Of a stretch of DNA of 47,504 nt, positions 8,405-17,300 are shown piece after piece. Both the position numbers and the translations under genes were made by a program. Origin of the DNA: Methanobacteriota archaeon. GTDB lineage: Archaea > Thermoplasmatota > Thermoplasmata > RBG-16-68-12 > SOIM01. Below the pieces are notes generated by a model. It was not told where the DNA came from. It searched no databases and saw nothing but the letters and a program-made list of their open reading frames with translations. Location: positions 1,782,276-1,829,779 of the forward strand of contig CP070767.1 of assembly GCA_020345725.1 (NCBI GenBank), written 5' to 3'. Positions within the stretch are counted from its first letter, which is position 1; each line of letters opens with the position of its first letter.

Positions 8405-11400
8405 CTATTGGATCGACAACGGGTCCAATCGTATCAGGATCAATCTCCCAGTCTTTGTGGTATACGAGCAGTACACGTCATAGTTCACTTCAGTCACTGT
8501 TCCCTTGCTTGCATGGTAGACCTCGTAGACGTTGTGATACATTCCGCCAATCGTCAAGGAATCCGTCATCTGATGACCTTTCGCAAAGGGATCTGCCGTC
8601 AGCTTTGATAAAGATGGGGCCGTTGCGAAGCCATCTATAGAATCATAGGTCCAGAGATTGGGCTCGTTAAACTCGTTAGCGTTCTCGATGTACTGGATCC
8701 AAGTGTACCCATCGTCAGTGCCAACCATATTGAGTATAGGTCTTCTATCATAGTTGGAGTTGGACACCGAAGTGGCAAATGGTCCAGCAGGCAGTGGCTG
8801 TGGGTGTAGATTTGGACTCACACCTTCCAGCTCTGTCAAGTTAAGTCCCCACGGACGATTGAATATTCCAGAGGTCGTATTGTACTCGTAGTGACCGTCC
8901 AGATATCCTACATACAGGCGGAGATCCACTGCGCCCTCGTCATTGGTCACCACGACATACATCCTGTTGCCTGCAGGACCTTCGGTGGTTGCGACACAGG
9001 CGGGCCATTGTATGTTGGTTCCATCCGTGTTCCACAGAAGGGAGACATCGTCTCTGGGATTGATGGGTGTGTCATCTCCCATCCATCTACCATCATCGTA
9101 GAGCCTAACCAACAGGTCTCTGTCATCGCCTGCTGGCAGCCTGTAGTAGAAGAAGACCCAAAGGACATTCCGCGAATCAACACAGGAATTGGGGAAGAAG
9201 TAGTAGTTGTTGTCGAAGGGACTGATTCTCCTGCAGTCATCATCGAGCGGGTCACTACAGTTTCCCCAAGTCTCACCGCTGTCTCTCGAGATGGCTATCC
9301 ATGTTTGGACGGCAATCGGATTGCCTGAATCTGGACCTGTATAGTCCAAATGCTCCCAGACCCAGATGACTTCACCGTCGGTTGTTCCATCATCTCTCCA
9401 ATTGGGAATGTTCATTCTTGCCTCGTTCATTGCCTGGCTTCCCGCATTCCTCTCAATGACAACTCTATGCCAGTTGTCGTACAGGGGTGGATCAGCGTGT
9501 GCTGACACACCGTAGGAATCGTAGTCCGGTAAGAACGCATCCGGGTCATCGCCAGTCCATGTTAAGATTACTCTGAAGGATTTATTCTTTCCTCCAGGCA
9601 TATAAGTCCACCTCAAGTCGTTCGGGTCATCATTCCAGTTGGAAACCAAGGTGTGGTTGAATGGCTGCACTGGCATGCCTTGAGCATCCAATGTCGTGTG
9701 AGCCACATAGACATTCCCTCCTCCAAAGCGTCCAGTTGGATCAACTGGGTTCGTCTTATTGTAAGCGATGAATATGTGGTCCGCAGTGCCGTTGTTGAAG
9801 GTTAAGACCGACTGATCCAATTCATCAACCGGGTCTGTTGTTATTTGAATCGGTGTGACAACTATGTCGCAGGACACGGCAAGCTCCAACTCCAGCCGGT
9901 CCGTGATGGAGGTGTTGCCGTGATATGTTCCAGTTATCTTCAAGTCTTGAATACCACAGGAGGGGAAGGCTTGGTCAACATCTATCGTGACCCAAGTTGA
10001 GACAGTCTCCCGGGGCTCCAAATCAGCGATGAAAGACGATTCGAAGTTCATGGTCATCTGAGCAGGTCCTGCCGCAGACAGGAAGACGTTGTCGGTGTTC
10101 GTACCGAAGTTGGTCACTTCGAACGGGAAGAAGACCTGTCCACCCTTGGTGATTTCGAGGGACGTTGGGTAGTCAGAATCCAAGTCAATCTTGTGCTCGG
10201 TCTGTGGCCCGAAATCAGCGGAAACCACGAGGGCAAAAGGTGCGGTAGACGGGAGACTTCGACCAATGACTTCAACCTGCCAGGTCCCTACTTCAGGGAA
10301 CTGGACTTCCACTTGCTCCACGTTGTTGAGGTCGTCAAAGGCATCGCTGTTGTATCTGTCCCAAAGCGGGTTTGCGTCCGAAGCGATTGGGTTGGGAATT
10401 GACCAGCCGTCAAACTGTCCCACAGTTCCGTAGACATTTCCCTTGTATACGTCTCCGCTTGGGGATGTCACAAGGAGGTCAACATCTCTGAAGAGGTCCC
10501 TGCCCCATCGATCCACCCAAGTCAGTGTTATCTTCAGGGGAACATCGTCGGACTGAACAGAAGTGGTGAATGAGGGGAACCAAGAACCAGGAGTGGCCAT
10601 TGTTCCTTCCTCCCACCTACTGGTTCTAGGAACAGGTGGAAAGAGTGAGTTTATCAGATTGACTCGCCCCCATCCCTGATCGTATCCAGGATACTCATAG
10701 AGGGCCTCATCCATCCTGACCGCGCCGTTGACCATCAGAGCCTTGACCAGCTGGGAGTTGATCGCATAAGGATCGGAGTATCCAGCAATTTCTCGCAGGT
10801 ACTCTCTAACCAACAGTGTCAGCCCCGCCATATGCGGAGAAGCGACTGAGGTTCCGTCCATGTATCTGTAATCATTTATGCCGTCCCCGTCCAGTGCGGT
10901 CGGATTGTTCTGGTTGTAGACATCCACAGTCATGATGAATGAAGGCTGGGGATTATTGATTCCCACCATCAAGTTATGTTCCCATTCACCCGGTCCCATA
11001 GGGGCGATGGATGCTGTTCCCACACTGACCATATCAGGCTTCAATCTGCACAGGCTCTGCCCAGGGCCTCCCCTGCTGCTGAAATCCGCCATAATGTTGG
11101 GGTTGTCTGCCTGGAACCAATCCGGTCGGAAGTTCAAAGAAGCCCCTGCAGTGATACCATTCTTCGCTTGTGATCCAGGACCAAGAGTATTCAAGTCCGG
11201 TCCTTCATTGGAAGCAGCAAACACAACCAACCTGTTGTTCTCTGCGTCCATTCTCATATCGGCCGCAGGTGAAGATCCACCGTAATCCCCGGGGTTCCTG
11301 CCATAGCTGTTGGAATAGACATGGGCACCATCCACATATTGAGAGTCCCAGTACGAGGGGTCAGCGGCTAGCCCACCAAGGCCTTGGACGCCGTCCATTG

Positions 11401-12412
11401 AGAGCATTGCCTCGGGAGCCATGCCCACTCCCTCGGAGTTCTCCCAATTAGCATCATTAGTCGGATAACCGCGAGCATATTCCCAGGCGAATCCATTTCC
11501 AATTGCATCTCCGGCGACGTGGGTTCCATGAGCAGTTCCGCTTTGCATCCCATCGGGATTGGATCGCCCAGTTCTGTCTATATATCTGATAACCCTGTCA
11601 CCGACGGGTCCCAAGAAGAAGTCTGGATGCCCAGCGTCTTGATTACCAACGTCGAAACCTGAATCCTGTATGCCAACGACCTCGTAGATGTCGTCCGGGG
11701 TATAGTCTATGCCATCAGGTCCAGGCGATCTCCCTGTCAAGGAAGATGGCAACCCACTTCGAGCGGGATCCCAAGAGTCGAAAGCTCCCATAATCTCTGC
11801 TGCTACAACATCCTGTACTGTGGATACGCCTGTTCTATGGACTTCCATTACCTCGGGCATAGATACTACCCAAGGAAGAATCCGAGAGTCGAGATAGGCA
11901 ACCACGAAACCAGGAGAATAAGTTGTTATCACACTTGCTCCAAGGTCCACGAGTTTGGAAGAGAGTGAATCCCTCATCGAGTCATCAAAGGCCATAATTT
12001 CTACTCGAAGTCCGCCCTCTGTGTCAAGCACGTCACTTGAGATCTTGTGCCAAGGTTGGTACGCACCTACCCATTGCACGAATGGTTGCTCGCTTACCAT
12101 TGATTTGACGTCCGGGGACATCTTCACGACTGCCGAATATCTCTGAGCAAGTTTGCCAACACTCGCGCCCATGTCCTCGATGGCCACAAGCCAACCAGGC
12201 GTATAGGGTCCGATGAACTGTACTATGTAGCTCTGCCGATCCCAACCGAACCCATCCATTGCGGACGGGGCAGCTGGAACTGCCTCTGTCGTGTCAAAGA
12301 CAACATCATAAGGATACAAATCCAGAGTTCGATAGCTGTCTGAAGGTATGATGTTGAATTCATAAGCCTCCATCGCGACCAGCTCGGATTCTGTCGCCTC
12401 AACGATGTACAT
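8405..12412 (-). CDS. large subtilisin-like (S8) serine protease with C-terminal BNR/Asp-box-containing region; gene apparently disrupted at both ends
   Basis: Canonical S8 triad motifs are present: VVGIQDSGFDVG (Asp), GTAHGTHVAGDAIGNG (His), SNSYG (oxyanion Asn) and GTSVASPHMAGL (Ser). There is one clear Asp-box, SRDSGETW (~9262-9294). There is no signal peptide or RBS at the 12412 ATG. Confidence 0.9.
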   Translation of the reverse strand: MYIVEATESELVAMEAYEFNIIPSDSYRTLDLYPYDVVFDTTEAVPAAPSAMDGFGWDRQSYIVQFIGPYTPGWLVAIEDMGASVGKLAQRYSAVVKMSPDVKSMVSEQPFVQWVGAYQPWHKISSDVLDTEGGLRVEIMAFDDSMRDSLSSKLVDLGASVITTYSPGFVVAYLDSRILPWVVSMPEVMEVHRTGVSTVQDVVAAEIMGAFDSWDPARSGLPSSLTGRSPGPDGIDYTPDDIYEVVGIQDSGFDVGNQDAGHPDFFLGPVGDRVIRYIDRTGRSNPDGMQSGTAHGTHVAGDAIGNGFAWEYARGYPTNDANWENSEGVGMAPEAMLSMDGVQGLGGLAADPSYWDSQYVDGAHVYSNSYGRNPGDYGGSSPAADMRMDAENNRLVVFAASNEGPDLNTLGPGSQAKNGITAGASLNFRPDWFQADNPNIMADFSSRGGPGQSLCRLKPDMVSVGTASIAPMGPGEWEHNLMVGINNPQPSFIMTVDVYNQNNPTALDGDGINDYRYMDGTSVASPHMAGLTLLVREYLREIAGYSDPYAINSQLVKALMVNGAVRMDEALYEYPGYDQGWGRVNLINSLFPPVPRTSRWEEGTMATPGSWFPSFTTSVQSDDVPLKITLTWVDRWGRDLFRDVDLLVTSPSGDVYKGNVYGTVGQFDGWSIPNPIASDANPLWDRYNSDAFDDLNNVEQVEVQFPEVGTWQVEVIGRSLPSTAPFALVVSADFGPQTEHKIDLDSDYPTSLEITKGGQVFFPFEVTNFGTNTDNVFLSAAGPAQMTMNFESSFIADLEPRETVSTWVTIDVDQAFPSCGIQDLKITGTYHGNTSITDRLELELAVSCDIVVTPIQITTDPVDELDQSVLTFNNGTADHIFIAYNKTNPVDPTGRFGGGNVYVAHTTLDAQGMPVQPFNHTLVSNWNDDPNDLRWTYMPGGKNKSFRVILTWTGDDPDAFLPDYDSYGVSAHADPPLYDNWHRVVIERNAGSQAMNEARMNIPNWRDDGTTDGEVIWVWEHLDYTGPDSGNPIAVQTWIAISRDSGETWGNCSDPLDDDCRRISPFDNNYYFFPNSCVDSRNVLWVFFYYRLPAGDDRDLLVRLYDDGRWMGDDTPINPRDDVSLLWNTDGTNIQWPACVATTEGPAGNRMYVVVTNDEGAVDLRLYVGYLDGHYEYNTTSGIFNRPWGLNLTELEGVSPNLHPQPLPAGPFATSVSNSNYDRRPILNMVGTDDGYTWIQYIENANEFNEPNLWTYDSIDGFATAPSLSKLTADPFAKGHQMTDSLTIGGMYHNVYEVYHASKGTVTEVNYDVYCSYTTKTGRLILIRLDPLSIQ

Positions 12413-12613
12413 TCAATTGCCGTAGTTCACAAGGACATTTGTCCCTATCATTCCGAATGCTTCCGTAGAAGCATCATTCTCCAAACTAACCAAATACATA
12501 GCCTTCTCATTGGAGGTCGCCACCGAAAAAATCGAGACAGTCGACCAAACCATCAAGAGGGCTATACCCACCGCGGAAAGCGTTCTAATCGCTCTCGCTC
12601 TAGTTGAGCTCAT
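12413..12613 (-). CDS. signal peptide plus start of the propeptide of the subtilase, separated from it by one in-frame TGA
   Basis: A strong RBS (GGAGGAGGCTCAAAA) precedes the ATG at 12613. The 66 aa include a signal-peptide-like segment, RARAIRTLSAVGIALLMVWSTVSIFSVA. The ORF ends ...VLVNYGN-TGA-ATG and is in the same frame as 8405..12412. Confidence 0.6.
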   Translation of the reverse strand: MSSTRARAIRTLSAVGIALLMVWSTVSIFSVATSNEKAMYLVSLENDASTEAFGMIGTNVLVNYGN

Positions 12614-12750
12614 TTTTGAGCCTCCTCCATATCAAGTAGTGAATAATTTCCATGGTGTCTGCCCACACCACCACTTGTTGTAATCGAGTTATGATTGTCT
12701 TATTATATATAACTTATCACATTGGTCCAATGGCGAAGAAAAACGCAGTT

Positions 12751-14169
12751 CTAGACAGTCCATTCCATGGGCGGATCTGTAGCGACTCTGTTCCCTGCCA
12801 AATCGTACGCTTCCACGTATGCTTTCACATTGTTTCCTGCGCTCACGGTGATTGTTGCCATCCAAGAATCTCCACTGATTAGAGTCATGGCTTCGCTGCT
12901 CCAAGGTGAGGCGTCTATCTGATAGTGCAGGGTTGCATTGTCCATAAGTATCAGATTGGTGATGTTCGCATACAATTTGGGATTGGCGGGATTGTCATCA
13001 TCTCTGTAGAAGGTCTCAATTGCGGGTACGCTGAAGTAAGGATGGTTCAAAATTGCGAACCCTCTTCCAGAAGCTGAAATGCCCTCAATTATGCCACTGA
13101 TGACAACGGACCCTTCCCAGTGGAATCCGTCCAACTGATTTGAAGAGGAAGTTGACAAAGAGATATGAGTCCCGACTCCGGTCAGATGGAAATCCCATTG
13201 TGAGGGCAGGCAGCGTTCGGTGGAAGGTAGGAATCGTGGATCTACCCAGTACCTGAGAATATCGACCGTGTAGTCGGCAAGTTCCAGCTTGATAATCTGT
13301 TCGTTCGGTTTTGAGTAGTAGGCTATTTCTTTGAAGATACCTCCACTCGTCGGATCGTAGAACCTGAGGATGTGCAATTCGCTCGCAGTGGAGAGATGAA
13401 ACCTGTATTCCTCCATATCGAAAAGAGTCCATCCACCCCAATGATGCTGTATCCAGGCGTATCCATTCACCGTGTGAGTCTGATCTGAGAACTCCAGCGT
13501 TCCAGTGACCGTCAGTCTTGTAATCGAATAACCTCTAATGGTTCCGTACGTTTTGGTCTCGTTCTTCAGTAGAACCGTCCCGTTTTCCCCAAGAAGTATG
13601 GGATCCTTCATGGAAGTCATTTGCACATTTAGATCGTAGACCTCTGCTCCTCCTTTCTCCATTCGCCCTCTATAATCATAGTCAAACCCAGTGGCGTATT
13701 CTCCATTCCAGGTGTCAGTTTCGTATGGTGATACAAAGGTCAGATTGAGCTTTTCGTATCCAATCATGAGACTTCCATCATGCTCAGCAGCGTAAAACTC
13801 CTGTCCCGAGATATTCCCCTCATCTGTCAATGAGGCGAATCTCTTCTGATCGCCGTTCTCATATATTGCATAGTCAACATTTACTGCAAACTTGTCTCCA
13901 CCTAGATTCTGAAGTAGGAAGTCGACCTTCCAGAACTCGTAACTATCATTGTGTTGCCCCTCGTCCCTTGGGAATTCGATCTCAAACTTAGGTGGTGTGA
14001 TTTGATCATCAGGTCCAGGCTGAGTGAGATACAGGCCTGCAAGTGCTGAGGCGAAAACCAGCGCTATGACGATGAAAGCAGCGACGAGAGCCTTCCGCTT
14101 CCTAGCCCTTTCTTCTTCCTTCTTCTTCAACTCGGTATACTTCTTTCCTTTCTTCCCCCGATGAGCCAT
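12751..14169 (-). CDS. membrane-anchored extracellular protein with AttH/CrtC-like lipocalin domain
   Basis: A Lys/Arg-rich N-terminus is followed by one TM helix (ALVAAFIVIALVFASALAGLYL). FPRDEGQHNDSYEFWKVDF and AWIQHHWGGW resemble the AttH/hydroxyneurosporene-synthase-like (PF07143-type) signature as I recall it. Confidence 0.55.
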   Translation of the reverse strand: MAHRGKKGKKYTELKKKEEERARKRKALVAAFIVIALVFASALAGLYLTQPGPDDQITPPKFEIEFPRDEGQHNDSYEFWKVDFLLQNLGGDKFAVNVDYAIYENGDQKRFASLTDEGNISGQEFYAAEHDGSLMIGYEKLNLTFVSPYETDTWNGEYATGFDYDYRGRMEKGGAEVYDLNVQMTSMKDPILLGENGTVLLKNETKTYGTIRGYSITRLTVTGTLEFSDQTHTVNGYAWIQHHWGGWTLFDMEEYRFHLSTASELHILRFYDPTSGGIFKEIAYYSKPNEQIIKLELADYTVDILRYWVDPRFLPSTERCLPSQWDFHLTGVGTHISLSTSSSNQLDGFHWEGSVVISGIIEGISASGRGFAILNHPYFSVPAIETFYRDDDNPANPKLYANITNLILMDNATLHYQIDASPWSSEAMTLISGDSWMATITVSAGNNVKAYVEAYDLAGNRVATDPPMEWTV

Positions 14170-14327
14170 AGTGCACCTTTTTGTGTTATTTTATACGAGT
14201 GTTGCTATATAAGTATTTTCAATGCCTACGAATAGCCAAATCAATACAAATGGCTTTACAACAAAATATAAATAAACGGCGAAACATGACTTTAATTGTC
14301 ATTAATCTGACCTGGAGAGGTTATCCT

Positions 14328-17300
14328 ATGGCAAAGGATGTGAGGAGGCAATTGTGGGGCGCAATTTTGGCTGCGGTCTTGATGGTTTTGATGACGTTCT
14401 CAACTCTTGCAGCCCCCTCGACGCCTTCTATTAGTGAGCTAGAAGAAGATGTAGATACGATTCTTGAGGAGATCACACCAGATATGGAGTCAGAAGATGC
14501 AGAGATCTCCGAGAAGACAATTGGACCCGAAATGACTGATCTTGAATATCCAGACGTGTACTATCCGAGCGGTCTTGAAATGAAGGAACCTCTTGGTGAT
14601 GAGCCTGCTGAGACTCAATCGAATGGGCTATTGGATTATCAAGGTGTTCAAGGTGCATGGGCCCAGGGTGTCAATGGTTCTGGAGTCAACGTAGCCCTGA
14701 TTGATACTGGGATAGACCTTGGACATCCTGACCTTATCGGAACGTACGCGATCGATGAGAGGGTTCTAGGTCAAGTCACGAACGAGGTTGTTGTTCAGGG
14801 AGCTTCAAGTCAAGGCGTAGATGTGGCCAATCTCGCACATGACTATGTCATGAACTATGCAATCAAGAGAAATGGAACGGGTATGACCGAGTTTGCGGAT
14901 TACACTCTATACCCAGGAAACGGAACGATCATCTTCACACCGACCTTGGGGTCCAACATGGAGATAACCGCGGATTACACGTATACCTCTCCGTATTACG
15001 GATGGCCTATTGCTTTTGATCCGGTATCCATGTCCAATTTCCTGGAGCAGAATCACACCAGAGATACCTGGTTTGCGAACACAACCCAGGTCGGCCCAGG
15101 ACCATTTGAGTATTCCCACACTTTGATAGTTGACGGAGAGACTGAATTCGGAGGTACCTACGAGAAATGGGGGACAGACCCACAAGAGAAATCAGCCACA
15201 CTGCCGGGTGGGAACAAGGAAGACTTCGATTTGACCTCATTGAACTTGACCTATGATAAGGATTATTGGTACGTAGGGTTCGATACTTGGATGAGAGTCA
15301 CAACCGAGAACGCGTCTATAGAGGAGTTCGTGCCCCATGCGCTTTTCGGAGTCATGTTCGATGTTGACAACGAAACAGGAGGAACGACAACCGTTCCTGA
15401 AGGAAAGTTGATCGATACTAACACATCACACGGTGATGACGTATTGGATGCTGAGATTAGCCCTGACGGTACAATGGTTGCAACCGCTTCCAGAGATGGA
15501 CTTGTCAGAATTTGGTTCACTTCTAATGCGACCAGGATAAAGACGCTGTATGGCCATGATGCCAGCAATCCACCTTTTTCAGTTGCTTGGTCACCTGACA
15601 GTACCAAGATTGCGAGCCTCTCTGACGACAAATTGTTTGTCTGGAATACTCTTGACTGGGGAAACCCTTGGGGGAAGTCTGCTACAGTCTCTAGCTCAGG
15701 AGATGCACTCGGAGACTACGGAATTTACGGCCTTGCTTCAATACTTGATTTCAGTCCCAACGGAACTACGGTGGCATACGGAGGTAACAATATTGGCGGT
15801 GTATTTAGAAGCGTAGTCAACTTCTACGACTACGCTACTGGCTACAGTTATCACATGGTTCTGAGTGATGGAGCTGAATTCGTCCAGAGTGTCGCATTCA
15901 ATCCTTCAAATGCAGATGAAATTGCGGCAAATGTGATTTTCCATTTTATTCCACCAGGAACCCTCATTGAAAATGACATAGGTATATACGACCTCTCGAC
16001 AGCATCACTCAATACCGGAACTGGCACAACCGTGACCGTCGGAACATACCTGGATGGGCACAGCCCAAATTCGATTGTGAACTCTGTTGCATGGTCCCCA
16101 AATGGACAAAGGCTTGTCTCCGGGAGTGAAGACAATACAGTCAAGGTCTGGTTGTCTGACGGTACCAACATCGCCACAATCAATGTCGGGAAGATAGTCA
16201 CATGTGTGGATTGGTCTCCCTCACCACTCAACAAGATAGTGTATTCCACAGTTAGATCTGGGTCCCCTGCAAGCGCCCTGCTTGCCACAGCCGATGAGAA
16301 TGGCAATCCCATCGACAGTGATTCAATCAGACTCGACTATTACTCGGCGAAGTGGTCACCTCTTGCTGGTGACGACTTGCTAGTCACAGCCTCAGCCGAT
16401 TTCTCCGCCCGACTGTGGTACGATGATTTCACACTTGTCAGAGTGCTCGTAGCCCAGAAACCCGATTACGCTTTGTATGTTGAGGGTGGAGGAAGATGGA
16501 ACCAGAAGGACGAGAAATGGGAACCTGGTTTCAACTCAACCAGATTCTACACATGGAACGACGCAACTGGTTGGACTTATGTTGTCCTCTCCAATCTGAC
16601 CACGGAACAGATAGAGGCAAGCCAGAATTGGGGAGGCTCACAGTTTATAGAAGTCGCGATTCCAAGAAGTCTCCTAGGTAATCCTGTATCAATGGCAGTG
16701 GAAATGTTCTCGGCACCTCACAATGACACTCATCATGCTCAGGACTCCGTCCCCGAGGATCGGAATGTATTCGACATTCCGGAGAGAGGAGCAGAGGCCA
16801 AAAATGGAATAGACTGGCTCCCAATAGTCACCTCCCTGAGCACCTTCACATGGAAAGAAATCAAGTACTACTACACCAACGTTTCCCTATCCAAATCAGG
16901 GGTCTTCCACTTCGGCTTCCATCCCTCACCACACATCATACAGAAGAAGGGAGCGGTTGGCGTTCTAGTGGTGGATTCCAAGAGACCATTCGACTACGAT
17001 ACCGTCTATGTGGATTTGAACATTGACAATGTTTTCGATAGTCAGGATGTCATCTTGACGAGAGATTCTCCCACAGCCACGGTGGATGAGGTTTTGCCTT
17101 TGGATGGGATTCCAGATACCTCTGCCGGGATCATGTACTACATGTCGGACGGATTCACACCGATTCCATATTCTGAGAAATACACCGAGAGGAGACAAGC
17201 GACCGAACAGGACTTCAGGAACGTCATACCTCTGAACGGGGACATGGTTGCTTTCATCGGAGAGTTCTTCATTGACGAGGACACGGGAGAGAAGGCAGAG

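Noticed and set aside
12413-12415. In-frame TGA as selenocysteine or genetic-code reassignment
   Set aside because: TGA terminates several well-conserved genes here at their expected ends (purQ, the UPF0200 kinase, UPF0201, the AcnX large subunit). The residue position lies in a propeptide with no redox motif. I saw no reason to invoke Sec. Error, pseudogene or readthrough are more economical explanations.
14181-14327. Upstream 49 codons of the 2483-aa track ORF (MCYFIRVLLYKYF...)
   Set aside because: This is an AT-rich promoter region containing TATA-like boxes. The ATG at 14328 has an RBS and starts a proper signal peptide.
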